Assembly (NCBI GenBank): GCA_947451425.1
Contig: CANGAC010000001.1
Coordinates: 482-64,481 of the forward strand
DNA: 64,000 nt
Direction of reading: 5' to 3'
Source of the DNA: Bacteriovoracaceae bacterium
Lineage (GTDB): Bacteria; Bdellovibrionota; Bacteriovoracia; Bacteriovoracales; Bacteriovoracaceae
A program made the translations under genes and the position numbers. Numbering within the stretch: the stretch's first letter is position 1; each line of letters starts with the position of its first letter. Under the pieces are notes generated by a model. The model was not told where the DNA came from, ran no database searches, and saw only the letters and a program-made list of their open reading frames with translations. Shown here piece after piece: positions 1 to 9,802 of the stretch.

Positions 1-1
1 T

Positions 2-364
2 AATAAAAAGTATGCCGATTCAAAACGTAGCTTCATGTTGTTGGATGTCGTCTCTGACAAGCTTCCCGAAGTAGACGTAATCTTTATCAGAGACTGCTTC
101 ATTCACCTGGAAAACAGTCTTGTTCTGAAAGCTCTTGAAAATATTGCCAACAGTAATATTTCATATGCAGTCATTACCCATGCCCCAAATACCATGACGA
201 ATATGAATATTGAAACCGGTCAGTTCAGAGACATAAATCTCTGCAAGGCCCCTTTCAATCTTCCGGCTCCGGACATGGTCATCAATGAAGGTTGTGTCGA
301 TCCTTTGCTGGTAGATAAATCTCTGGGTGTTTGGAAAGTTTCCGGGATGCGGAGTAAGTCATGA
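2..364 (+). CDS. Class I SAM-dependent methyltransferase, 5'-truncated by window edge
   Basis: Frame open from base 2; 'DVIFIRDCFIHL' and 'GQFRDINL..PFNLP' resemble methyltransferases found in polysaccharide loci. Confidence 0.65.
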   Translation, partial: NKKYADSKRSFMLLDVVSDKLPEVDVIFIRDCFIHLENSLVLKALENIANSNISYAVITHAPNTMTNMNIETGQFRDINLCKAPFNLPAPDMVINEGCVDPLLVDKSLGVWKVSGMRSKS

Positions 365-969
365 TCGCCGAAACTGCGAAAGTTTATTCAAACGTGAAGC
401 TTGGGAAAAATGTCATCATCGAAGATTTCTGCCTGATCGGTGTTCCTCCACGCGGGACTAAAGACGGGGAGCTTGAAACGATCATTGGTGATAATTCTGT
501 TATCCGTTCTCACACTGTCATCTATGCCGGAAATAAAATCGGGAAAAACTTCCAAACCGGCAATAAGGCCAACATCCGTGAGCTGAATGATATTGCGGAT
601 AATGTTTCCGTAGGTACGCTTTCAGTTGTTGAACATCATGTGACGATTGAAGAAGGCGTACGGATTCACACTCAGGTTTTTATCCCTGAGTTTTCGACAC
701 TCAAAAAGAATGCGTGGGTCGGACCTAATGTGGTTTTCACCAATGCTCCGTATCCGCAATCCAAAAACGTAAAAGACTCTCTCATCGGTCCGACTTTGCA
801 TGAGAACGCAATCGTAGGCGCAAACTCAACTCTTCTGCCCGGTGTTCATATCGGGAAGGATGCAATTGTAGGAGCTGGTTCAGTAGTCACAAAAAATGTT
901 CCAGAGGGAGACGTGGTGGCCGGAAATCCTGCCCGTTTCATGAAAAAGAAATCAGAACTGCCTTATTAA
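361..969 (+). CDS. Hexapeptide-repeat (left-handed beta-helix) N-acyltransferase, sugar-nucleotide pathway
   Basis: LbH repeats, 'VGPNVVFTN', 'GAGSVVTK.VP...VVAGNPAR'; ATGA overlap with upstream gene. Confidence 0.85.
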   Translation: MIAETAKVYSNVKLGKNVIIEDFCLIGVPPRGTKDGELETIIGDNSVIRSHTVIYAGNKIGKNFQTGNKANIRELNDIADNVSVGTLSVVEHHVTIEEGVRIHTQVFIPEFSTLKKNAWVGPNVVFTNAPYPQSKNVKDSLIGPTLHENAIVGANSTLLPGVHIGKDAIVGAGSVVTKNVPEGDVVAGNPARFMKKKSELPY

Positions 970-978
970 GGAAAAACT

Positions 979-2082
979 ATGACGATTCATTTTGTAGACC
1001 TCGATGCTCAATACCAGACGATCAAAGGTGAAGTTCAAGCTGCGATCAACGGGATCCTTGAGAGTAAAGATTTTATTCACGGGAAGTCCGTAGAGAAGTT
1101 CGCGAAAAACTTTGCTGCTGCCCAGGGGTCTAAACACTGTGTGGGAGCTGCAAACGGAACATCGGCCATTACAGTTGCTCTTCGTGCTTTGAATGTTCAG
1201 CCGGGTGATGAAGTGATTACCGTCGCGAACTCATTCTTCGCTACACCAGAAGCCATCGCAGAAGTTTATGCCAAACCAGTATTTGTAGATTGCGATGCCG
1301 ATACATATTCCATCGACATCTCTCAGATTGAAAAGAAGATCACCAATCGCACGAAAGCAATTATTCCGGTTCATCTCTACGGAAACCCTGTTGATATGGA
1401 CGCTCTAATGAAAGTCGCTAACAAACATAACATTCCGGTCATTGAAGACTGTGCTCAGGCACATCTCGCGACCTGGAACGGTAAAGGTGCCGGAACTTTC
1501 GGCGCTGCTGGGACTTTCAGCTTTTATCCCGGGAAAAACCTTGGAGCTTACGGTGATGCCGGTGCCATCACTGTCCAGGATGATAAGCTCCATCAATCAG
1601 TTGCCATGCATGTGAACCATGGCCGTACGAAAAAGTATGAACACGATTTTTGTGCAGGTAACTTCCGCATGGATGGAATCCAGGCCGCAGTTCTTGATGT
1701 GAAACTTAAATATCTAAGTCAGTGGACTGAAAAGAGACGTGAACTTGCCGCTGTCTACGAATCAATTTTAAAACCTGCCGGGTTCAAAACAATTGGCGTT
1801 CGGAAAGAAGCCAAATGCGTTTATCACATCTATCTTCTGGAAGTTTCGAATCGTGATGAAGTCATGAACCACTTTAAAACTCTCGATATTCATTGTGGCG
1901 TTCACTATCCAATTCCCCTTCATCTTCAGCCAGCGCTGAAACACCTTGAGCACAAAAAAGGTGATTTCCCTGTGACTGAGAAGGCCTCAGAGAGAATTCT
2001 TTCTCTTCCTATGTATGCAGAACTTTCGAAAGCTGAAGTAGAGAAGGTTTGCGCTGAGTTGATGAAGGTTGCGAAGAAGTAA
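979..2082 (+). CDS. DegT/DnrJ/EryC1/StrS PLP-dependent aminotransferase
   Basis: 'IEDCAQAH', 'SFYPGKNLGAYGDAG' (PLP lysine), 'VHYPIPLHLQP'; AAGGA RBS. Confidence 0.95.
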   Translation: MTIHFVDLDAQYQTIKGEVQAAINGILESKDFIHGKSVEKFAKNFAAAQGSKHCVGAANGTSAITVALRALNVQPGDEVITVANSFFATPEAIAEVYAKPVFVDCDADTYSIDISQIEKKITNRTKAIIPVHLYGNPVDMDALMKVANKHNIPVIEDCAQAHLATWNGKGAGTFGAAGTFSFYPGKNLGAYGDAGAITVQDDKLHQSVAMHVNHGRTKKYEHDFCAGNFRMDGIQAAVLDVKLKYLSQWTEKRRELAAVYESILKPAGFKTIGVRKEAKCVYHIYLLEVSNRDEVMNHFKTLDIHCGVHYPIPLHLQPALKHLEHKKGDFPVTEKASERILSLPMYAELSKAEVEKVCAELMKVAKK

Positions 2083-3399
2083 TTACTGACCAGCACCAGT
2101 CAAAACAGTCTTGATTGTCTTGATGATGACGAGAACATCTAACCAGATGTTCCGGTTCTTCACGTAGAAGAGATCGTACTGGAGCTTTTCCATAGAATCT
2201 TCTTTCGAAAACCCATAACGGAAAGTTACCTGCGCCCATCCTGTCACACCAGGCTTCACCAGATGTCTCAGACTGTAGTAGGGGATGTGGGGAGCGAGTT
2301 GCCCGGAGATAATCTCGGGTCTTTCAGGACGTGGCCCCACAAGGCTCATTTCGCCTCTGATAATGTTGATCAGCTGAGGAAGTTCATCTAAGCGGGTCTT
2401 TCTCAGAATCATCCCTAATGGAGTAATGCGGGCGTCACCTGGTTTCGCCCACTGTGCGCCACCTTTTTCAGCATCAATTACCATGGAACGAAGTTTATAG
2501 AGAGTAAAAGGCTTGTTGTTGAGACCTGTTCTTGTCTGAGTGAAAAAGATTGGACGCCCGTGAACCAGAAGGAGAATAGGGAAAAGAACGAGCGCTACTG
2601 GGATGAGAGCTACCAGCATGAGGACCGCAACGACCCGATCAATGATACTTTTTAAAACATCATAGCTCCGGGATTCCTGATGACCGCAGTATTCAATGAA
2701 CCAGGACTCATCAATGGCACGAATCGGAATTTTCCCCGAGATACTTTCCGCAAACTTCGCCAGATCGATGATTTCGACTCCCGATCCCAGCATCGCAAAA
2801 ACTTCTTTATAAAGTTCGGAGTTTTTAGTGACGTTTCTTTCGATCGCCACAAGCTCGATACCAGACATTTCAGGAACTGAACTGAGGTCTGATGTATAGG
2901 AGCTTACGATTTTGTATCCAAGATGAGGCTTTCGGTTAATTTCTTCTTCAACCAGAGAAATTGTATCGGGGGAGCCAATGACGATGGTGTTTCTCAGTCT
3001 GCTGGCAGCACCAAAATATTTGAAGAAAAATCTGCGCCAAAAAAACATTAAGGGAAGAGACGCTATCGCGATAAGTACGAGATTGGTCTTAGGAGACACA
3101 CCGACTTTTCCTGGCATCAGATAGATAACGAGAAAAGATACAACTACGGAGAGAAGGGTTCCGCGAATAACGGAAATCGGAAGATTCGCAGGATTGTAAG
3201 TCTTCAAAGTATAGAGACCCTCGATGAAATACATCAGGATCCAGAATGGGAAGAGAAGCGAGAACAGATTAATATGTCGCTCAAGATAAGCGATGGAAGG
3301 ATTTCCGCTCTTTCTGATGAGAACCACGATCCCCATCGCCATGAAGAGAATCAGAGCATCTACCAAAAGGAGAAGGATGGACTTCGCACGGTTCGACAT
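2083..3399 (-). CDS. Polyprenyl-phosphate glycosylphosphotransferase (priming sugar transferase, WcaJ/WbaP family)
   Basis: N-terminal TMs; 'YKLRSM', 'RKTRLDELPQLINIIRGEMSLVGPRPERP', 'KPGVTGWAQV'. Confidence 0.95.
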   Translation of the reverse strand: MSNRAKSILLLLVDALILFMAMGIVVLIRKSGNPSIAYLERHINLFSLLFPFWILMYFIEGLYTLKTYNPANLPISVIRGTLLSVVVSFLVIYLMPGKVGVSPKTNLVLIAIASLPLMFFWRRFFFKYFGAASRLRNTIVIGSPDTISLVEEEINRKPHLGYKIVSSYTSDLSSVPEMSGIELVAIERNVTKNSELYKEVFAMLGSGVEIIDLAKFAESISGKIPIRAIDESWFIEYCGHQESRSYDVLKSIIDRVVAVLMLVALIPVALVLFPILLLVHGRPIFFTQTRTGLNNKPFTLYKLRSMVIDAEKGGAQWAKPGDARITPLGMILRKTRLDELPQLINIIRGEMSLVGPRPERPEIISGQLAPHIPYYSLRHLVKPGVTGWAQVTFRYGFSKEDSMEKLQYDLFYVKNRNIWLDVLVIIKTIKTVLTGAGQ

Positions 3400-3470
3400 T
3401 GCAAAAACTTATCTTCTTTTCCCTATTTCATCTACAGCTAATTAGTAATTCATATAGGTTAGCCACCAGA

Positions 3471-3502
3471 TTGACCCATTTTGGTAGTGTGGTACACTAC
3501 CA
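3471..3502 (+). promoter_or_regulatory. Putative sigma70 promoter with operator palindrome of the BrnT/A-like TA module
   Basis: TTGACC (3471) ... TACACT (3493); perfect inverted repeat TGGTAGTGT-ggt-ACACTACCA (3482-3502) ending at ATG 3502. Confidence 0.6.
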
Positions 3503-3837
3503 TGGAGTTTGGATTGGCGAAGTTCATACCGGATTTTTGGTTACTGGAGTTTTTGAAGAGATCACATCATCTGGAATTGGATTTTTGGAACACTAATAAA
3601 ATCTTTCAAAAGCATGGGATCACCGAAGATCAGGTTGAGTCTTGTTTTGCAGACATCACGATAGTTCCACTGGGACTTCAAACGGAACCCTTGAGTAATG
3701 AGAAGCGATACGGAGTATTGGCCAAAGATAGATCAGGAAAAATTTTATTCATTAGTTTTACTGTGAGGAATGAAAAGATCCGTCCAATCAGTTGTCGAGT
3801 AGCGAATCAAAAAGAGAGGTTTATGTATGGCAGGTAG
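3502..3837 (+). CDS. BrnT-family ribonuclease toxin (type II TA)
   Basis: 'KHGIT..E..F', 'EKRY..L', 'FTVRNEKIRPISCR.AN.KER..Y' match the BrnT/DUF497 pattern; start placed at ATG 3502. Confidence 0.8.
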   Translation: MEFGLAKFIPDFWLLEFLKRSHHLELDFWNTNKIFQKHGITEDQVESCFADITIVPLGLQTEPLSNEKRYGVLAKDRSGKILFISFTVRNEKIRPISCRVANQKERFMYGR

Positions 3838-4066
3838 ATACGTAAAAGAATCTGGACCAGAGTATGATGAGCTTGAATTTGATGAAAAATGGTCTAAGGA
3901 TGCTCAGAAGCGTCTGATGAGAAGAAAGATGCCTACCAGTCTCACACTTCCACCTGAAGTTGTAGATGAGTTAAAAGCAATCGCAGAGAAGAAAGGAATT
4001 CCTTACCAGGTTTTGATGAGAAGTCTTGTCATGGAAGGATTAGAGCGGCTTAAGAAGTCTTCGTAG
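3827..4066 (+). CDS. BrnA/CopG-like ribbon-helix-helix antitoxin
   Basis: 'TSLTLPPEVVDELKAIAEKKGIPYQVLMR' RHH; overlaps the toxin 3' end; GAGG RBS. Confidence 0.8.
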   Translation: MAGRYVKESGPEYDELEFDEKWSKDAQKRLMRRKMPTSLTLPPEVVDELKAIAEKKGIPYQVLMRSLVMEGLERLKKSS

Positions 4067-5219
4067 TTTTCAGATTTGCCACTGAGATGGAATAAAGAAA
4101 GAAAATCATCGACGCATTATTCGCATCGAACGTTACCTCAAATTGACTTCCAACTACAAACGCCACTCCGAATGGGATAATCATCGCCCTAATGAGTCCC
4201 CCCGCCATGAAGCATTCATAGGCCCAGAGAAAAAGCCATCCCAGGAAAAGAAATAAGCCGATGAGCCCTGTACCTGAGGCCACTTCCAGAAAGAGATTAT
4301 GTGAATGGGCATCGTCATAATCTTTTTTATCAAGATCGTAATCGTGCTTGATGCGTTTTAACTGCGAGTGAAAATTCGAAAGTCCCCAACCAAGAACGGG
4401 TCTTTCTTTAATGGCAATCACTGCTGCTTGCCACTGACTTCTTCTGATCTGATCGGAGTTATTACTCTTATTGATGATGAAGCGGGAACTTCCACCAGCG
4501 GTACTGCTACCGAAAAGATAAAATCCTGTCAGAGTCATCACAACGATCGCGGCTGCTCCACCCATTAACAAACCAAGTTTTGGCCGGAAGTAATACATCA
4601 CAAACGGCAAACCGCAGAGAAAGCCCAGAAGTCCACCGCGAGTGTAGGTCACATACATTCCAAGAAAGCCGATCACGAATGCTGGCAGACCCACGCGCCA
4701 ATCAAACCAGGTGGATATTTTCTCTCGATGTAAAAGCGCAGAGAGAACCATCATGAGAATCATCGCTGAGCCGTACCCATATCTCATGGTATCGGTAAAG
4801 CCTTTGACTCTCGGAACTCCGGTCATAAATTGGTAAAGAGCATATAGTCCCGCGATGATAATGCTCGCGAGGAAAACGTTTACGATTATTTTTTTCGCTT
4901 TCTCCGATTCCTCAAACAACCAAACTCTGAAAACGAAAATACCGCCAAGACCATAGAGATAATATTTCAGGCGACCGAAATTCTTAGATGGCTTAGGGAT
5001 GATATCCAGATTCAGGAGAAGGCTGAGAAGAGCAATAGCGGTGAATGCAAGAAGCCACCATGCACTTTTGGGAAGTGCGACGTTCTTATTCTTAATGGCG
5101 AGATAGGAATAATAGCAAAGGGGAATGACAAACAAGACCTGGTACGCGGAAAGGATAGTAACTGAAGTTAAAATCCCTGCTGCGAGAAAGAAGAGGGCGG
5201 CGTTTGTGACTCTGATCAT
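4050..5219 (-). CDS. O-antigen ligase family (WaaL-like) membrane protein
   Basis: Many TMs; 'TYTRGG', 'R..W..A...IKERPVLGWG', 'HSHNLFLEV..GTGLIG'. Confidence 0.9.
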   Translation of the reverse strand: MIRVTNAALFFLAAGILTSVTILSAYQVLFVIPLCYYSYLAIKNKNVALPKSAWWLLAFTAIALLSLLLNLDIIPKPSKNFGRLKYYLYGLGGIFVFRVWLFEESEKAKKIIVNVFLASIIIAGLYALYQFMTGVPRVKGFTDTMRYGYGSAMILMMVLSALLHREKISTWFDWRVGLPAFVIGFLGMYVTYTRGGLLGFLCGLPFVMYYFRPKLGLLMGGAAAIVVMTLTGFYLFGSSTAGGSSRFIINKSNNSDQIRRSQWQAAVIAIKERPVLGWGLSNFHSQLKRIKHDYDLDKKDYDDAHSHNLFLEVASGTGLIGLFLFLGWLFLWAYECFMAGGLIRAMIIPFGVAFVVGSQFEVTFDANNASMIFFLYSISVANLKTTKTS

Positions 5220-5372
5220 GGAATAAAAGTATCAGATTTAGTCTCAGTGGACACGCAATAAATCCTTTGCGTTGAGCCGAATTCCTCAAAAAAACCGTGT
5301 TTTACGTCATTCAGGCCTGCTCCCATTCTTGCTAAGAGCTGTGATAGAATACCTCTAATCCCGGAGGTAATC

Positions 5373-5657
5373 ATGGGGGCCCTCGTGTTCGATAATCAGG
5401 TTTTTGACAGCTGGCTTACGGCTAAGTCTCAGGAGATTTTATCTAAGGTTGATCGTGAAAGAATCACGACTGAAGAAATGTTAGTGTTAATCCTGAAAGC
5501 TCAGACTAACCACTTTCATCACATGGATCTGGAATTTCGGGAAGAATTTAAAAAGATTGATAATCGTTTTGAAAAACTTTATGACTTCATGAAGTGGCAA
5601 GGAGGGATTCTCCTTGCCCTGTTTGCAGGTATCTATATTAAAATATTTCTTGGCTAA
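5373..5657 (+). CDS. Small coiled-coil protein with C-terminal TM (DUF1640/CCDC90-like)
   Basis: GGAGG RBS, TG-a-TAGAAT upstream; 'FREEFKKIDNRFEKL' heptads then a hydrophobic C-terminus. Confidence 0.55.
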   Translation: MGALVFDNQVFDSWLTAKSQEILSKVDRERITTEEMLVLILKAQTNHFHHMDLEFREEFKKIDNRFEKLYDFMKWQGGILLALFAGIYIKIFLG

Positions 5658-6425
5658 CTACTTACACGCCTGGTGAATTTCGTCTTTTTTATCGTCAAAC
5701 TTTCTTGTCGCAAAGTTATAGGTAAAGTTCGAATCCCAGCTCATACAAACGATGGCTCCCGGAATTTCTGTTGCCGGAGAGTCAACGGTCGCTGGAACGT
5801 CATCGATCTTATGCAGGCAAACTTTGAAATTCAAACTCGCATTTCTGGCCGAAACCTTCATCGTTGTATCGTCGATATCCCAACCTGATGGAGTTGGAGC
5901 ATCCTGGATATAGATCTTATTATCCTTGAGGTTAGAAATCTTACCGGCCCATGAACCATATGATTCAGTGACCATCGGATTGGCGTAAACATAATATGAG
6001 TTTCTTGGGATAAAGATCCCGCGAAGATCATCATAACCTGCGTTTGCGTTTGACCAGTAAATAGGATCGCGATCACTTGCAGAATCGAGTTCGAAGCCAA
6101 CGTGCTTGAAAGGTCTCGATCTGTAACCCCAGAACTCGCGGGTACCCATTTTCACAGTACCCTTACTGTCAGTCTCGAAAACGCAGCCTTTGATGTATTG
6201 AATGATGGCATACTTCTTGAGATCGGCCTTGGTGGCACCTTCGATTTCAGCAGTCATCGAATTTCCTGCCATCCGATTCTCATTGAATTTCTGGGTGAAA
6301 AGCTTCATCCCTTTTACTTCGCAATTTCCTGCCGCACATTCAGGGTTTACCCATGACTTAACTGTAGGTACTGCGAATGCAAATGTTGAACTGAGAGCGA
6401 GAGTAACGATGATAAGGTTTTTCAT
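5658..6425 (-). CDS. Secreted hypothetical protein
   Basis: Sec signal 'MKNLIIVTLALSSTFAFA'; six Cys; GAGGGG RBS. Confidence 0.7.
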   Translation of the reverse strand: MKNLIIVTLALSSTFAFAVPTVKSWVNPECAAGNCEVKGMKLFTQKFNENRMAGNSMTAEIEGATKADLKKYAIIQYIKGCVFETDSKGTVKMGTREFWGYRSRPFKHVGFELDSASDRDPIYWSNANAGYDDLRGIFIPRNSYYVYANPMVTESYGSWAGKISNLKDNKIYIQDAPTPSGWDIDDTTMKVSARNASLNFKVCLHKIDDVPATVDSPATEIPGAIVCMSWDSNFTYNFATRKFDDKKDEIHQACK

Positions 6426-6427
6426 AA

Positions 6428-7048
6428 TTAGTTCCCCTCAGCTGGGCAAGAGCCTGGTGTGAGATCAAGCTGGCGATTGTAGATTTTCTGAATGCAATCA
6501 ACATGACACTTCGGCATCGTCTTGCCTTTGTAGCAAACGAGTTTGTCTTCAGTGAGCCCATCGAGCCAGATGTCGTTACAGCCCTGGAGTTTTCCATTGA
6601 TCTTGCTGATCGCAAGGCAGTTAACTTCTTCTTTATCGATCGCCTGAACCACGTGCAACCAGCGCGGTCCTTTGAAATCTTCCGGTTTCAGCGTTCCAGC
6701 ATCGGACTTCGCCTTAATCATCTTCATCTCTTCATCCGCAGGCGGAAGGCTATTACAGTCAGCCGCGTATTCGGCCTGACTCATAATCTTGTAACCGAAT
6801 CTGTATTGAAGATAATTGAAGCTGAGTTTGATTTCTGAGGCCGGTCTTCCGGTGATGTCGGCAATGTAGCCTTCTGTTTCTTTAAATGTGCGTCCGAACC
6901 ACGCGTACTGAGAAACCCCTTCTTCATATCTATTCGTGTCCGTAAGACCACCGACTCTCACGCAAGGTAAGCCCTCTGGCCACGTAACGGATTGAGAGAA
7001 TACGGATAAAGACATTATGGAAAGGGTAATCGCGAGCAGAAATTTCAT
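6428..7048 (-). CDS. Secreted Cys-rich hypothetical protein
   Basis: Signal 'MKFLLAITLSIMSLSVFS'; several Cys; stop 2 nt before the next gene. Confidence 0.7.
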   Translation of the reverse strand: MKFLLAITLSIMSLSVFSQSVTWPEGLPCVRVGGLTDTNRYEEGVSQYAWFGRTFKETEGYIADITGRPASEIKLSFNYLQYRFGYKIMSQAEYAADCNSLPPADEEMKMIKAKSDAGTLKPEDFKGPRWLHVVQAIDKEEVNCLAISKINGKLQGCNDIWLDGLTEDKLVCYKGKTMPKCHVDCIQKIYNRQLDLTPGSCPAEGN

Positions 7049-7123
7049 TAGGTCCCCTTGGAGTAGGAGAATGAAATATCACGGATTGGCCATCGCCTTA
7101 TGAAATGTTGAAAAGATTACACG

Positions 7124-7987
7124 TTAGTAGATGGATTCCCGGCCGAGATTCAGGGAGTAGCTGCATCTATTTCCGGTCACTTCGTCCCTGATATCATAGG
7201 TACCTGTGAAGTTCTTAATTCCGCCAAATTCCTGAAAACTCCCGACGAGGTGAAGAGTCTGGCAACCAACACTATTCATCGTCGTATCCGGCAAAGACCC
7301 GCAGTGACGGACGGTCGTATTGAGATTCTGAGACATGAGAGTACCTAAAAGCGATCCAAAATTATGACGGGGAATTACCCTGAGTGTTCCGCGATACTCA
7401 AAATACAAAGTGAGTTCACCGTTTGTTGCGAGCTCGAGTCTAGTGCCGCCGGAACCAATCAGATTGCAGTTGTTACCCGTATCCATTGCTTCTGCAACAT
7501 TCCCCGCATACAGCCCACAGAATCCCGTGAGCGCACCGAAACCTGTTGAACAATGGGTGGACTCTTGTGCCTGCATTCCGGAGTTTGTGGTGTCTTCGTT
7601 CAAACTCGCAAAAGTCTGAGTTGATTCAAGAGGAATGCCGTTCAGATTCCTGGACACAATGGATGTGGGGACACTGGGACTAATTCCTCGAACGTCACTC
7701 GTTTCAATCAGCAGCGATTTTACTCCGCGATCATTTGGTGAAGGAAACACAATACTGAAAGTTCGTTTTCCATTGATCACATTTCCCGTCACGGCCGCAT
7801 TCGCCGCCAGAACATTATCTGAGTATCTCCCTTCAATCATCGGTCCGTTTTCATTCCAGGCCAGGGTAAAATTCGGGCGAAGAGGGTTCATCGTATTCCC
7901 AAAAAGAGTGAATTCGCCGGTCATCCGGAAGTTCTGGGCGAAAGAATGAGAGGAGAAAATAAGAAGGAAGAGGAGGAAGGCCTTCAT
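7124..7987 (-). CDS. Secreted beta-rich hypothetical protein
   Basis: Start reassigned to 'MKAFLLFLLIFSSHSFA' (ATG 7987); Gly/Thr/Cys-rich beta strands. Confidence 0.65.
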   Translation of the reverse strand: MKAFLLFLLIFSSHSFAQNFRMTGEFTLFGNTMNPLRPNFTLAWNENGPMIEGRYSDNVLAANAAVTGNVINGKRTFSIVFPSPNDRGVKSLLIETSDVRGISPSVPTSIVSRNLNGIPLESTQTFASLNEDTTNSGMQAQESTHCSTGFGALTGFCGLYAGNVAEAMDTGNNCNLIGSGGTRLELATNGELTLYFEYRGTLRVIPRHNFGSLLGTLMSQNLNTTVRHCGSLPDTTMNSVGCQTLHLVGSFQEFGGIKNFTGTYDIRDEVTGNRCSYSLNLGRESIY

Positions 7988-8096
7988 GGGAGCATTTTCC
8001 GCCTCCCGAGAGGGGGTGGAAAGACGCAGAACCATGGACAACCGGCACTAAAAAGCTGAGAATGAACCCACTTTTTTCATTCTTGAAGGGGCGTTT

Positions 8097-9413
8097 ATGA
8101 AGCTTAGCATTATCGGTACAGGATACGTGGGACTTGTGACGGGAACTTGTTTTGCAGAAATGGGATACGACGTCACTTGTATCGACTTAGACGCGGCCAA
8201 AGTTGAAAGAATGAAAAAGGGCGAGTGCCCAATTTTCGAACCTGGACTTGAGCCCCTCATGCAATCCAATTTTGAAGAAAAGCGCCTGAGCTTCTCAACG
8301 AGCTATGACTCCTGCAAAACTGCCGACGCTATTTTCCTCGCAGTCGGAACTCCTTCATCAGACGACGGCCAGGCCGATCTCAAATATGTCTTCGGAGCTT
8401 GTGATTCGATCGCACCTTACCTCAAAGAAGGCGCCATCGTTGTTGTGAAATCCACCGTCCCAGTTGGAACCGGAAACAAAGTTCGCGAACACCTCAAATC
8501 TAAAACCACAAAAAAATTCTACGTCGTAAATAATCCTGAGTTCCTCAAAGAAGGTTCTGCAGTTGAAGATTTCATGAAGCCTGAACGGATCATCATCGGC
8601 TGTCTTGAAGATGCTGCCGGCAAAACAATTGAAGATCTTTATGAGCCATTCAATCGTCAGGTTAAGCGCACGATCCGCATGAGTAACATCTCTGCGGAGA
8701 TGACGAAGTACGCGGCGAACTGTTTCCTCGCGACTAAGATCTCGTTCATGAACGAAGTTGCTCGTCTCTGCGATACAGTGGGCGCGGACGTTGAAGAAGT
8801 TCGTCACGGAATTTCTACCGATTCACGTATCGGTTCTCAGTTCCTTTATCCAGGTCCAGGTTACGGCGGATCTTGCTTCCCGAAAGATGTGAAGGCGCTC
8901 GTCTACACTGCTCGTGAGCACGGCCTTCGCTTCGAGATCGTTGAAGCCGTTGAGTCTGTGAACAAAGAGCAGAAGAAGTATCTTTTCACGAAAGTTCTTA
9001 AGCATTTCAAGAACGACCTCAAAGGCAAAACATTTGTACTCTGGGGAGTTGCTTTCAAAGCAAATACTGATGATATCCGCGAAACTCCAGCTATCGATAC
9101 AGTCCTCGCTCTCCACGAAGCCGGAGCTAAAGTCCGTTTCCACGATCCAGCTGCTGCCGATCACTTTGAGCAATTCATGGTGAAGAAAGGCATCCCTGTT
9201 GATCAGTTCGAGAATAAGTACGACGCCCTTAACGGTGCCGATGGCCTTCTCGTTATGACTGAGTGGAAGCAGTACCGCGCACCTGATTTCGACGAAATCA
9301 AATCACGCCTGAAGACACCTGTGATCTTCGATGGCCGGAATCTTTATAATACGAAGAAGGTTCTGGAGCAGGGGTTTGATTACTATGCGATTGGGAAGGC
9401 GATAAAAGCTTAG
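8097..9413 (+). CDS. ugd: UDP-glucose 6-dehydrogenase
   Basis: 'IIGTGYVG', 'NPEFLKEG', 'GPGYGGSCFPKD', 'FKANTDDIRE'. Confidence 0.97.
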   Translation: MKLSIIGTGYVGLVTGTCFAEMGYDVTCIDLDAAKVERMKKGECPIFEPGLEPLMQSNFEEKRLSFSTSYDSCKTADAIFLAVGTPSSDDGQADLKYVFGACDSIAPYLKEGAIVVVKSTVPVGTGNKVREHLKSKTTKKFYVVNNPEFLKEGSAVEDFMKPERIIIGCLEDAAGKTIEDLYEPFNRQVKRTIRMSNISAEMTKYAANCFLATKISFMNEVARLCDTVGADVEEVRHGISTDSRIGSQFLYPGPGYGGSCFPKDVKALVYTAREHGLRFEIVEAVESVNKEQKKYLFTKVLKHFKNDLKGKTFVLWGVAFKANTDDIRETPAIDTVLALHEAGAKVRFHDPAAADHFEQFMVKKGIPVDQFENKYDALNGADGLLVMTEWKQYRAPDFDEIKSRLKTPVIFDGRNLYNTKKVLEQGFDYYAIGKAIKA

Positions 9414-9496
9414 TTGACACTTTTGGTTAAACTAAATTTTTCAATTCTTTATTAAAAATACATCATCCTCAATAACTTAACTGTTATCCTAAGGTA

Positions 9497-9802
9497 ATGA
9501 TTGTACTGATTGATGATGATAAGTTAATTCGACTTTCGTGGACAATACAAGCCAAGTCCAAAAACTTGCCCATCGCTTGCTTTCAATCAATAAAAGAGTT
9601 TCTTCTTCAAAAAGATTCATTCTCTTTCGACACTCAAATTTATATTGATTCTGACTTGGGTGGTGAAAAGGGAGAAGTTGAGGCTGAATTAATTTTCAAA
9701 CTTGGTTTTATTAACATCACTCTATGTACCGGATTTATTGAATTGGACATTTCTCAATATCCTTGGATTTCAAAAAAAATTTCCAAAAGGCCTCCATTCT
9801 GA
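9497..9802 (+). CDS. Stand-alone response-regulator receiver domain
   Basis: 'IVLIDDD' acidic pocket, 'IYIDSDL' phospho-Asp, 'LCTG', terminal 'SKRPPF'; no output domain. Confidence 0.8.
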   Translation: MIVLIDDDKLIRLSWTIQAKSKNLPIACFQSIKEFLLQKDSFSFDTQIYIDSDLGGEKGEVEAELIFKLGFINITLCTGFIELDISQYPWISKKISKRPPF

